From NCBI GenBank assembly GCA_001661245.1, contig KV454013.1, positions 269,005-333,004 on the forward strand: a stretch of DNA of 64,000 nucleotides, read 5' to 3'. The notes beneath the pieces were generated by a model, which was given only the letters and a program-made list of their open reading frames with translations, did not search any database and was not told where the DNA came from. This document shows, in pieces, positions 53,734-64,000 of this stretch. Origin of the DNA: Pachysolen tannophilus NRRL Y-2460. Its lineage: Eukaryota. Every line of letters begins with the position of its first letter. The first letter of the stretch is position 1. The translations under genes were made by a program, and so were the position numbers.

Positions 53734-53921
53734 TATATATAATTACTCATTTTTTTTCTTAATTTTGTTGTATAACTTCTAAAACAAATTTAATTGAAGT
53801 ATTTTCTTTTTTCCTTCACGGAAAAATCATATAAAAATTTTTTTGTAATGTAAACAATGTATTTTTCATAATATAACTACAGATAATGATAACAATACCA
53901 AACCAATGATATGACAATATA

Positions 53922-55546
53922 ATGACAGAGATAACAGATTTGAAGTAAGTGATATAACTTTTGAAATCAATAATACCCTGCTTTTTTTTTTTTTATATTG
54001 TTCTCCCCAGTTCTTGGTCTTTACTAACATCAAACTCTTTAGTACCCTTTTTACGACTGATGATAATAGGCCATATGTTTTTATAGTTTCAGAAACAATA
54101 CAGAATAGGAGTGAGGTGGTTTCTTTAATCAATGAATACGGGGGCCGTGTTTTAGATAATGGGAGCCATAACGGCAAGGGAATTATTTTCTTGACGCTGA
54201 GGAATTCTGATGAAGATATCTTACCACAGGGTAAGATAATTTATGATGTAAATTTTGTATATGATTCCATTAGAAGTAAGTCCAAATTGGACTTGAATGA
54301 TTATAAGATTCCAACTAGTGGTGGTGATGATAATACAGCTAAGAAGAAGCTGCAGAAAAATAATTTCAAACCTGAGGAGGATGAAATGATACTTGAATTA
54401 ATCAGGCAAAATCCAACGCTTAGAGATACACATTTCTTATTTGATAAGATTATTCAAAAAAGTTTACCCAATCACACGGGGAACTCTATACGATATAGGT
54501 ATAGAACTAAATTAAAGGACAAGCTTGAATATGTGTATCAAGTTGATGAAGACGGTAAATTGGTAAAAGATGTAAACGATCAGTATATCAAACAAACAGT
54601 TTTACCAAAGACTTTAAAATCGAGTTTCACTGCAGAAGATGATTATAATTTAACAAAAGAGATTTTATCAAATACTGAATTGTCCTTAGATAAGGATAAT
54701 AATGAGTTTGTTCTACAATATAATATTAAAAAATTTTATGAATATATGCAAGAAAAGTATTCAAATCATACTGCAAATGCTTGGAGAGACAGGTATCGAA
54801 AGTTTTTAAGCAAATATGGTATAACTAAATATTCACATTATTATGATGAATGTATTTATAGTGGAATTGAACCTGAATCTATTAAAAATTTTACTTCAAA
54901 AGCTGCTTTGAAGAGGGAAAGAGAAAATAGTACAACTCACCATGATGATAATAGTACAAGTAATAAGAAAAGAAGATCAAATGAACAAGAAATTATTACC
55001 AATAATGAAGAAATATTAACTTCTGAAGAAATTTCCAGACCAATTACCTTCCAGGATAACAAAGATGATGAAAATCATGACAACACCAATTATTTTGCTC
55101 AACAAGCTTTATCTCTTGGGGATGAAAAAATTCAAGAAGATGAGCAATTAATAGATAAAAATATTTTAAATTCCATGTCAAATACAGATTTTTTACTGAA
55201 ATTAAGTTTTATAATAGAGAATATTTCCAAGAAAGGTGAAGATATAGATACCGATGAATTATTAAAAATTTTGAAATTAGAGTTAGGAATATCAATTTTA
55301 TTCAGTTCAAATATAATATTTCATGTCTCTGGTGATTTATCCAAATTTCAAAATTTTTTAGATATTTATTTGAAAACGGGCCAAAATCCACCGGTTGACT
55401 ACAGTGGCATATTCATTAAAGAATACGATGACATTATCGCAAATAATTTTGATGAAAATAAATCCCCTTTGTTAGAGATGGTGAAACTACATGGTAAAAA
55501 GAAAGTTAGGTTTAGACGCAAATTTTTGAAATCTCTTTCTATTTAA
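53922..55546 (+). CDS. RAP1: Rap1 (BRCT, two Myb domains, C-terminal RCT), two exons (53922..53944, 54043..55546)
   Basis: KNNFKPEEDEMILELIRQNP..PNHTGNSIRYRY..LEYVYQVD..GKLV, FTAEDDY, HTANAWRDRYRKF, C-terminal KLHG..RRKFL. Intron 53945..54042 has GTAAGT, TACTAAC (54022-54028) and TAG, and joins MTEITDLN in frame. Confidence 0.9.
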
Positions 55547-55911
55547 AAAATTGTATTAAATATATATTGTAATTTATTTTAAAAATGATGTAGAACTTAA
55601 AACTAATCGATTAATCGAATTAATCGTTTACTGTATCAAATTTAGAATGTTCTTGTAGCAAATATAATAATTGTTAAAAAAGGAGTTTAGGGCGATAACC
55701 AACTGCATAATACTCAATGGCAGTATAGCCAATGTCAGTATGAACCAATCACAGTATAAACCTACAGCGGGATTACTAATATCAATTTCAAATGAAGTGT
55801 TGATAAACCTATTTAATACCATTGAATTCCTATTTTTTTTTCTTTTTTTTTCTTTTTTTTTTTTTTTTTAATTTTAGCAAAATTGCAGAAATATTCAATT
55901 AATTGAAAAAT

Positions 55912-56778
55912 ATGTCCAAATTAACTGCTGCTTCCACTTATAAATTAGCTTCGGGCTTTCAAATTCCAGTTATTGGTTTTGGTGTCTATTTGACACCACA
56001 AGATGTTGCTCAAAATGTTATTTACAAAGCTTTAGAAATTGGTTATAGACACTTTGATACAGCCCAATATTATAATAATGAGCAAGAAGTTGTTGATGGT
56101 ATTTCAAGTTATTTGAAAGATCATCCAAACCTTAAGAGATCAGATATTTTCTATACCACAAAAGTTGATACTCCTAATCAGGGTTATGAAAAAACCAAGA
56201 TTTCTTTAGAGCAATCTTTATTGAAGGCAAAAGCTTTAAAATATATTGACTTGGTATTAGTCCATGCTCCATTAACAAATAAGGAAAAAAGATTGGGTAC
56301 GTACAAGGCTTTGCAAGAGTATGTAGAGACAGGTAAGATAAGGTCAATTGGTGTTTCGAATTATGGTATTTCTCATATTGAAGAACTTTACAATTGGGAG
56401 GGCTTCAAGATCCCAATTTCTGCTAATCAAATTGAATTGAATCCATGGCTCACAAGAAAGGAATTGGTTGAGTATTGTAGGTCGAAAAATATTCTGGTCG
56501 AGGCCTTTTCGCCTTTAACCAGAGGTAAAAGAATTGACGACCCAGAATTAACAGCATTGGCTAAGAAATACAATAAAACTCCAGCTCAAATTTTATTAAG
56601 ATGGTCATTAGATTCAGGATTCATTACTCTTCCAAAGACTGTCACTGAAAAGAGAATGGTTGAAAATTTGGATATTTTTGATTTTGAACTTGAAAAGGAG
56701 GACTTCAAGAGCTTGACGCACGATGATCAATATTGGATTAGTCTGCCCCATTGGGATCCTGTTACTTATGAAGGTTAG
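55912..56778 (+). CDS. Aldo-keto reductase (YJR096W / 2,5-DKG reductase-like)
   Basis: IPVIGFGVY, GYRHFDTAQYY.NE, IDLVLVH, SIGVSNY, NQIELNP, AQILLRW, LPK. ATG at 55912. Confidence 0.93.
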   Translation: MSKLTAASTYKLASGFQIPVIGFGVYLTPQDVAQNVIYKALEIGYRHFDTAQYYNNEQEVVDGISSYLKDHPNLKRSDIFYTTKVDTPNQGYEKTKISLEQSLLKAKALKYIDLVLVHAPLTNKEKRLGTYKALQEYVETGKIRSIGVSNYGISHIEELYNWEGFKIPISANQIELNPWLTRKELVEYCRSKNILVEAFSPLTRGKRIDDPELTALAKKYNKTPAQILLRWSLDSGFITLPKTVTEKRMVENLDIFDFELEKEDFKSLTHDDQYWISLPHWDPVTYEG

Positions 56779-57410
56779 TGCTGTATCTTTTATGTTTATA
56801 AAATGTTCTATCAGTTCCACCTTTTTTTTTTTGTATTTACTCTGTATTTGATGATTATTTAATGATGATTACTATCATATATGGCTACTTTAATTCTGTT
56901 TCCCCTAAATGGGTTGAAACATGTTTTACCTGGTAGAGCTGAAATAGCGGATTTTTCGATAAAATCCTCGTTTGTAATGAAATGTTCAATATTAATACAA
57001 TTTTTGTCCTATAAAAAATGGTTAAAATTTCTTGTAGACACAATTGTAGTCTTGAATAAAATCAAAGCTATAGCTCATAAGTAGGTTATTGCTTGATTAC
57101 TATAAGATCGAAAAACATTGTAATAGAGGTTCACCTACTAAATTTTGCAAATAAGATGATTAGATTTTATATTCGTTGCTCTCCAAAGATTTTCAATCTA
57201 CATGAATTAATTACAAACTTGTAAACTTTTCAAAAGTTTGACCACTGAAATTCAATAATTAAATAGTATGCTACAGTGATATCCAGTCACTTTTAAACCC
57301 TAAGTTTTGAATAGTTCCTTAATATCTAAATAAATCATGCCAAAACGAATATTAAAAATAATATATATATATATATATATTTGTAAAAAAATGTATCACA
57401 TACCACATTA

Positions 57411-58994
57411 TTATTTAGCCCAAGGAGCTTTAGTAACAGCAACATTATCATTATTACCAGATACTCTTTTATATTGAGCTCCTCCACCACCGCGTACTCG
57501 TTGTGATTCTGTTCCAAAAACTGGTGGCGGTGGTTTATGAATGTTGATTTCGTTTCTACTTACAATACCAGTGCTTGCTTTTTTAATTTTTTCCAATCTT
57601 TCTGATTTTTCCTTTTCCTTCATCTGTTCTTCCAATTCAATGTCACCTTCTTTCAAATTATCTCTACTTGCTTCAGTACTAGCAGGTAAGGGTTTACCTG
57701 TTTCAAAATCTTTCCAAGGATATAATACATTACCAAAATAAAAATGTTGAACAACTGGGAACTTGGATAGTACTTCTACAAAATACATTTTAATCATCCC
57801 TTTTGTAACTTTATCCCAAGTCTTAACAGCACTGATATCATATAAAATTGGTGAATGTTCGTTGAATGGACCTGTTTTAACTTTCCTTATAAAGGAAATA
57901 CTATTAAAATATAAATTTGATGTCCTAAATTTATGTAACAGCATTGGGTTTAAGATAGATGATGGTGAAGGTATTTTATTTCTGTGATGAGGAAAAGGAT
58001 GATGCTGGTAGTACTCATGTGTGCTTGTGTTTGTCTTTGTTGTTGTTGCTGCTGTGGTGGTGTTATTTTCTTCCATTGAAGTGAAATCAATGAATTGACA
58101 GGCACCCAAAATATAAATTAAATGGAAATGATCATCTAAACCCCATACACCATGAGATCCGGCAGGTTCTAGAGTATAAGTTAAAATTAATCTTTTAACC
58201 AAATCATAATATTTAGCAAAAATAATCAATATATCCACACCTGTTATAGTGTCCCGATTCAAAATATCAACCATGAGTAAAGCATTTATAAATGCCAAGA
58301 ATGATAATTCATGACCAGTTCCAAAATCTAACCTTTGTCTTGATCCAAATGAACCAATAAAATAATGGGTCAATTCTGTTATAAACAAATCAAAATTATT
58401 ATACTTGTAAAAAATTTTCAAATGATTATGGAAAAATCCTTCAATCTTCTCAGATAAAGAATCATGCCATGAACGGAAAGCCATATTACCATACCGTCTT
58501 GGGCCAGGCAAAATCGGAGTCTCAACAATTAATTGGTTCAACCTTGCTATTAGATCCAATACCGCTTTAACTTCTGGTTTTAAATTTTTCGAAAAATCAC
58601 TACTCCCAGTAGCATCTTTACTTCCGCTACCGTTACCGCCATTACCGTCTTCTTGGTTTGAAACTGGTGGCGGCAAATTCAAACCACCGCCCCTACTGGC
58701 CCCAGTACCCCCACTGCCGTTTTTATGTCCGTTTTTTTTATGACCGTCTTCAAAAGAAACCAATTCATCATCAAGCACACCTTTTGGAACTTCACATTTA
58801 CTTATCAACTGGCAAATCTTGAATATACATGATTTAATATTATGTATCGCAACAGATTTTTCAAAATTTCCCACATCTTGTTGGTTATATATTTGCTTAA
58901 CAGGAACACACCAATCTTCAATTCTATCCAAACTTCCTTCCGTCTTCAAACGCGGGAAACTAAATTGTTTTTCTTCCGTAACAATCGATGTCAT
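57411..58994 (-). CDS. RRD1: PP2A phosphatase activator (PTPA) Rrd1/Ypa1
   Basis: PGPRRYGN, SFGSRQRLDFGTGHELSF, YTLEPAGSHGVWGLDDHF, GPFNEHSP.LYDIS, EVLSKFPVVQHF. ATG at 58994. Confidence 0.9.
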   Translation of the reverse strand: MTSIVTEEKQFSFPRLKTEGSLDRIEDWCVPVKQIYNQQDVGNFEKSVAIHNIKSCIFKICQLISKCEVPKGVLDDELVSFEDGHKKNGHKNGSGGTGASRGGGLNLPPPVSNQEDGNGGNGSGSKDATGSSDFSKNLKPEVKAVLDLIARLNQLIVETPILPGPRRYGNMAFRSWHDSLSEKIEGFFHNHLKIFYKYNNFDLFITELTHYFIGSFGSRQRLDFGTGHELSFLAFINALLMVDILNRDTITGVDILIIFAKYYDLVKRLILTYTLEPAGSHGVWGLDDHFHLIYILGACQFIDFTSMEENNTTTAATTTKTNTSTHEYYQHHPFPHHRNKIPSPSSILNPMLLHKFRTSNLYFNSISFIRKVKTGPFNEHSPILYDISAVKTWDKVTKGMIKMYFVEVLSKFPVVQHFYFGNVLYPWKDFETGKPLPASTEASRDNLKEGDIELEEQMKEKEKSERLEKIKKASTGIVSRNEINIHKPPPPVFGTESQRVRGGGGAQYKRVSGNNDNVAVTKAPWAK

Positions 58995-59380
58995 ATTCCT
59001 CACATGAGCCTAATAATACAAAAACTATTCAAATTATATTCAAATTAAAAACACATTGATCCATCTCTCAATTAAAGAAAAGCAACAACTATTACAATTA
59101 TTATTATATATATATATATATATATATCTTTGCTTTATCATCTTTTTTAAGAACAAAATTTGTGGTCGTGTCTCTGAACTCAAAACATTTTTTTTTTTTT
59201 TTTTTTTTTTTTGTAAACAAAACAGTTCGAAGATGAAGTTGAAGATGAAGTAAAAAGTAAAAGAACAAGAAGAGGAATAAGATATTAAATTAAGCGCCAA
59301 TAGAATTTTTTATTTTCCATTGATTGATTGAATAGGCTGCTTGGAATTCTTTGGGATAGGTTGTGTTTCTTTGGTGGAAT

Positions 59381-62300
59381 ATGTGGGATTCGTCTGCTTT
59401 CACGTTGTTATATGAGTCAATTAGAAGGCATGATGTGATTTCGATGGATGCATCATTAAAAAAATTACAAGATGATTTATTTGATTTAATATTAAATCCA
59501 TTAAAGAATGAGTCGAGTCGGCTGGTTTTGGAATCAGGAGATGTGACTTTTCCTGATGGACAGCAGTCTAAACTTAACAAAGATTTTATTCTATCTTCAA
59601 TCAAGTTGTCAGATGAATTGAATTTAGATGAATTGGTACTGGCAAATATGTTTCAATATTCTTTAAATAAGAGAAGTTTAGGTATTTCAACATTTGATGC
59701 TGCAAAAGCTAATTATTATATTAGAAGACAACATATCTTGTACATTGTTTCGTATATTTTGAATGTTTCTAATGATCTTAAATGTGTTGAATTTTTCTTG
59801 GGAAATGAAAAATTTATTGAAAATATAATTAAAAGTTTTAACAAAGTTGAAACAGAATTAGAAGATATTAAAGATTTAATTAAAAGATCAAAATTATTAG
59901 GTACTTATCATTCTACTCAATTACATCAAAGTATAAAGTTTAAAAGAGATTTCTTATTTCAAGAACATCAAACTTTAGGTGAAATATTACTGGGTGTGGT
60001 TAATAGAAGTAAATTAACAAAAGATTATTTTTTAAAAATTTTGGATAATTTAACTTTAAATTATGATGCAGATGATTTATTTATTGTTAATTATTTACCA
60101 GCATTATTTTTATTTTGTTCAAAATTAAATTATTTGGAGGATTTAGATGTTATATCTTTACATTCTAATTTTACTAAAGAATTATTGAATGATGAAAAAA
60201 ATTTAGCTTCTAAACCTATAAAAGCATCTATGATATTAATTTTTTTAACATTTTTCATTGATCGGTTTAATCAGCAACCTGAAAAATTAGAAAATTTTGA
60301 TTTTGAAAAAAATTGTTTTAACCCAATGTTGAAATGTATTGAGTTAGGTGCAATTGAACAATTAATGAGTATTGCAGCTGATACAACAGATTTTAATAAA
60401 GAAAAAGGAGTAAATGAAACTTTTTATGATTTTAGATCTTTGTTACAACGACATATACCTACATTAATTCCAAAAAGAGCCTTGGATATTGATGAAGAAG
60501 CAACACTTGCTTTAAAGAGAAAATTACAACAAGAAAGATTTAAAAATCATAATAATTCATCAATTTTAGAAGATTCGGTAACTCCAATATATATTTTAAA
60601 TAAAAATTTGAAAATAACTAAACATTTTATGCAATTATTTGCCCCTGCATTTTCAAATTTCATTCAACGTTTTATCAGCAATAGTTCATATCTCTTGACA
60701 AAATTAAAAGATGCTGAAGAAGATTTGTTATTATCGAGTGAAAGTATTACTTTGGATGAACTTTCAGAAAAAGCTGACTTAGAAAGATTTTATTTAACTA
60801 TTTTTTATCTATATTCATCAAGACCTTTCTTGTGTCAAGTTTTTTGGAATGATAAAGAATCAGAAGCTTATAACTTCATCAAGAGGGCTTCAGTTTCTAA
60901 CTCACCATTGATCAGTTCTACTTACTGTTTGATGTTAAGTGCATTAGCTTCAGGTGATCAAAACTCTATTGAAGTTTATAATTTTTTATTCTCAAACCAT
61001 CTGACTACATTAACGTCGAACGTTAATATTGGAAGCATGTATACTTTAAGAATAAATTGGTCAACAATTTATGAAGCTTTGATATACGCCAACACAGTTT
61101 CATCTGAACCAGTATTGGATACTTCAGAAAATTTTGCCTTACCTGGCAATTCGTCGTTCAGGCCCAAAAACCAGCAGATTGTTGTTCCAGAAATAGGGGA
61201 AGATTCTATTATATGCCGAGCTGGATATTTTCAGTTAATAGCTCAAGTAGCGTTCAATAATGAAAAGACAAAAAAACAATTGTTTGAAAGTGACAATATG
61301 GAATTACCTAAGATTTTATCTAATTTTTTAAATAATGAATCACCCTTTGTTGGTCCATGCCTATTAACTTTAAGATCATTAGTGGGTAATGATATTGAAA
61401 TTCGTCAAAAGATTTGGGTTATTATAGATGGGTGGATTTTCAATAGATCCAAGGTACATCAATTTATGAGTAAGGATGGCTCAAAATTAAACCTCAAAAG
61501 AATTTATTCAAATTATTTGAAGACCTATATCGATGTTCTCGCATTTGTGAATCTAATAAATGATTTGATATCACCATTAGATAATAATAAAACAGACAAT
61601 TTTAAGCAATGGGAATTATATTATCCTGTTAATTTGGGGCTTGATAACGGAAGGAAAAGAGGTATTTATCCCTATTTTGAATATTTGTTTGATGAAATTT
61701 TCCAAAATGTAAATAAAGGTCACCTTTCTACTGAAGAAAGAGAATATTTACAAATTCCATTTTTGAAGTTGGCGTTGAATTGTTTAAATTTTTTCAATGA
61801 GTCGATAATTGAATGTTCCCAGCATTGCAATTTAAAAAATTTAAATAATTTATTTACAAATAGAAATTTCAGAGAATTTGTCCAATCAGAGCCATCATCG
61901 GCAATTATGAATTTTATGTTTCAAGAAAACAATTATAATGTTTTGTTTGAATTATGTTCTGTTGGCATCGACAATATTGTTGATAAACCAAGTGATTCTA
62001 ACTCAGTTACAATTTTAGAATTGACTTTATCAATTATAAACAGAATATTGATATTGCAACCTTATTACATTGACAACTTATTGCCTATAATTAAGGATTC
62101 CTCAAATACAAACTATTTGACGAGTTCTGTGGGTACTCATGGTTTGAGATCTTTCTTTGATGCAATTTTATTCAAACTCCCGGTGGTTGCACATTTTGCT
62201 CTTTACGTAGGTGCACAGCATTTGAAAGTTGCCTCAACATCACTTTCAATTTTGGATAAAATATCCAAGGCAGAAGTATTCGCTACTTCAAATGAATTAA

Positions 62301-64000
62301 TTGGTAAAAATCGATTATTGACAACTTTAGACACAATTGATGAGTCCCTGAGAATTAAAAATTCATTTATTGATCAATTGGAAACTGAAATCATAAGCGA
62401 TGAAAATTTGAGTTTAAAAATTGAAATTTTGAATTTTATCAATTCACATTTATCTTATAATGATAACGAATCTACGGTATCTCACTTTTTGTTAGGTTTT
62501 CAAGTTCGAGGTAAAAATACATTAACATTAGGATTCAAAAGAAGTAAAGGTGATATAGACTCTGGAAGATCCGTCTTGAGCACATTACTTTATATTTTGA
62601 ACTTGAGCGTTGAGATAATTAGTAAGAACTATAACATTGAATATACTTTTACAAGATTGACCTCATTAATAATGGAGATAATTTTGAAGATTACGAGAAG
62701 CCTGATGTCAAGAAACTTGGTGACTCCCTATTTAAGAAGCAATAACTTGTTTTTGAAGTTGATCTCGTCGGAACCTAAAATTGATTCCGACTTAACCTTA
62801 TGGCATGGACTGAAATTCACTAATAATTTAAACCAAAATAATTTGTTTACCACTCAAAGTCAAAGTATCGGCTCGTTTTTATCATTTATTCAGCATAGAA
62901 GCTTTATTCTTCAATATTTGGCCTACGAGTTAAGTAATATGTTATCGGTGAATGGATCCGTTTCATTGACAAAAAAATATATCGATTCCTTAATTCATAA
63001 TAATGAACCTCTAAGTGGAGCTTCAAAAGTGTTAAACTTTTTAGATATCCTAGAGTTTAATTTCATAAACATTATAGAGCCGTTAAATCTGAAATTGTTT
63101 CAAGATTTTGATTATGATTACATTTTGAAAAATATCAAGTTAAACAATAAAAACATATTTCTCTCAGATTCAAGTGATTCTACATCCTTATATGATCTAA
63201 CCATTATTGATGTTATGGTTGAACTAGCTGGAAAAGAAATAAAATTTTTACACAGGAATGATATTGGAAAACAAAATTTCGACACTCTTTTTGAGAACGA
63301 GGCTGGATATTTGAAGAAATTTTTGACAAATGTTATAACTATTAGGGACTTCAAAAAGTATCAGTTGAAGTGTTTACATTCTTGGGCAACTTTGATACAG
63401 GTTATTGTTTCAAGCAGTAGTATTGATAGCGTAACAAAGTCGAATTTCATATTAAAAATCTTTCAATCGATATTACCTAAAATCAACGACTATATTGAAA
63501 TAGATATTTCCTTTGCGGAAGAACTAATCTCACTGTGTGTCTTATTGTACGATTTGTATGATAATAATGAGGATAACATTAATTTGATATCTCTTAGATT
63601 ATATCCATTATTCAAGACTTGTGTGAATGGAATTTTAGCTCCGCTTTCTACCCCTGATTTAAGGTCAGATTTATACGTGTTAGCAAATAGATATTTAAAC
63701 CAAATTGAAAATTCACAAGATGTTCTTGATGACTTACTTACACCTATCAAAGAAGGTATTGAAACGGAAAGATTTTTCAAAATAATACTTGAAGATTCAA
63801 TAGGAGGCGAAACTTCATCTAGGATTACATCATTATTATTACTAGAAACTTTTATGAAAATCACTTCTTCTAGGCAAGACAATTTTATTTTAAGCTTGTT
63901 AGTTAAAAATAACTACTTGGTTCTATTAATTAGATCGATTAAAAGAGCCGACGATTTATTATTTTCATATGCTGCTACTACATTGTCAGCTATTCCTACT
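59381..64000 (+). CDS. NUP192: Inner-ring nucleoporin Nup192 (Nup205 family), runs off the window end
   Basis: Not in the ORF track (no stop inside the window). ATG 59381: MWDSSAFTLLYESI..KNESSR..LESG..KLSDELNLDE..RRQHIL; later KADLERFYL, VSHFLLGF, LKCLHSW, ILPKINDYIE.DISFAEEL. Confidence 0.9.
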   Translation, partial: MWDSSAFTLLYESIRRHDVISMDASLKKLQDDLFDLILNPLKNESSRLVLESGDVTFPDGQQSKLNKDFILSSIKLSDELNLDELVLANMFQYSLNKRSLGISTFDAAKANYYIRRQHILYIVSYILNVSNDLKCVEFFLGNEKFIENIIKSFNKVETELEDIKDLIKRSKLLGTYHSTQLHQSIKFKRDFLFQEHQTLGEILLGVVNRSKLTKDYFLKILDNLTLNYDADDLFIVNYLPALFLFCSKLNYLEDLDVISLHSNFTKELLNDEKNLASKPIKASMILIFLTFFIDRFNQQPEKLENFDFEKNCFNPMLKCIELGAIEQLMSIAADTTDFNKEKGVNETFYDFRSLLQRHIPTLIPKRALDIDEEATLALKRKLQQERFKNHNNSSILEDSVTPIYILNKNLKITKHFMQLFAPAFSNFIQRFISNSSYLLTKLKDAEEDLLLSSESITLDELSEKADLERFYLTIFYLYSSRPFLCQVFWNDKESEAYNFIKRASVSNSPLISSTYCLMLSALASGDQNSIEVYNFLFSNHLTTLTSNVNIGSMYTLRINWSTIYEALIYANTVSSEPVLDTSENFALPGNSSFRPKNQQIVVPEIGEDSIICRAGYFQLIAQVAFNNEKTKKQLFESDNMELPKILSNFLNNESPFVGPCLLTLRSLVGNDIEIRQKIWVIIDGWIFNRSKVHQFMSKDGSKLNLKRIYSNYLKTYIDVLAFVNLINDLISPLDNNKTDNFKQWELYYPVNLGLDNGRKRGIYPYFEYLFDEIFQNVNKGHLSTEEREYLQIPFLKLALNCLNFFNESIIECSQHCNLKNLNNLFTNRNFREFVQSEPSSAIMNFMFQENNYNVLFELCSVGIDNIVDKPSDSNSVTILELTLSIINRILILQPYYIDNLLPIIKDSSNTNYLTSSVGTHGLRSFFDAILFKLPVVAHFALYVGAQHLKVASTSLSILDKISKAEVFATSNELIGKNRLLTTLDTIDESLRIKNSFIDQLETEIISDENLSLKIEILNFINSHLSYNDNESTVSHFLLGFQVRGKNTLTLGFKRSKGDIDSGRSVLSTLLYILNLSVEIISKNYNIEYTFTRLTSLIMEIILKITRSLMSRNLVTPYLRSNNLFLKLISSEPKIDSDLTLWHGLKFTNNLNQNNLFTTQSQSIGSFLSFIQHRSFILQYLAYELSNMLSVNGSVSLTKKYIDSLIHNNEPLSGASKVLNFLDILEFNFINIIEPLNLKLFQDFDYDYILKNIKLNNKNIFLSDSSDSTSLYDLTIIDVMVELAGKEIKFLHRNDIGKQNFDTLFENEAGYLKKFLTNVITIRDFKKYQLKCLHSWATLIQVIVSSSSIDSVTKSNFILKIFQSILPKINDYIEIDISFAEELISLCVLLYDLYDNNEDNINLISLRLYPLFKTCVNGILAPLSTPDLRSDLYVLANRYLNQIENSQDVLDDLLTPIKEGIETERFFKIILEDSIGGETSSRITSLLLLETFMKITSSRQDNFILSLLVKNNYLVLLIRSIKRADDLLFSYAATTLSAIPT

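Noticed and set aside
1..64000. CUG=Ser (Candida-type) as the explanation of the CTG pattern
   Set aside because: The most informative columns (EADCAMV, T-A in WD40, SAQQLP, DEIVA) are Ala in remembered homologues. Ser is disfavoured, though only alignment or MS can exclude it formally.
1..64000. CRISPR arrays, LTRs/transposases, rRNA, centromere or telomere repeats
   Set aside because: None seen; repeats are limited to microsatellites, homopolymers and coding minisatellites.

Overview
AT-rich, gene-dense segment of a budding-yeast (Saccharomycotina) nuclear scaffold. It holds about 33 protein-coding genes, one tRNA-Asp(GTC) and three N gaps; I saw no transposon and no CRISPR array. Genes include PMP3, two MFS transporters, two paralogous Zn-dependent ADHs, UTP4, a GH76, YCG1, a YMR087W-like macro domain, AFG1, MRPL28, ALA1, TFB3, CGI121, TRM13, TMA19, OAR1, ENP1, ACM1, PLC1, an alpha-arrestin, RPC34, an NTR2-like gene, ARG3, TRL1, EXO70, RAP1, an aldo-keto reductase, RRD1 and a partial NUP192. 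The main signal is a non-standard nuclear genetic code: in-frame CTG codons are rare and repeatedly fall where homologues have Ala or another small residue (TMA19, UTP4, PLC1, NUP192, ADH), so CUG appears to be read as Ala. This, and the mitochondrial-type OTCase, point to Pachysolen tannophilus or a close CUG-Ala relative (inference from remembered sequences, no search run). The ORF track therefore probably mistranslates CTG. It also misses two spliced genes (PMP3, RAP1), the frameshifted PLC1 and the open-ended NUP192. All homologue comparisons are from memory and need confirmation by alignment.
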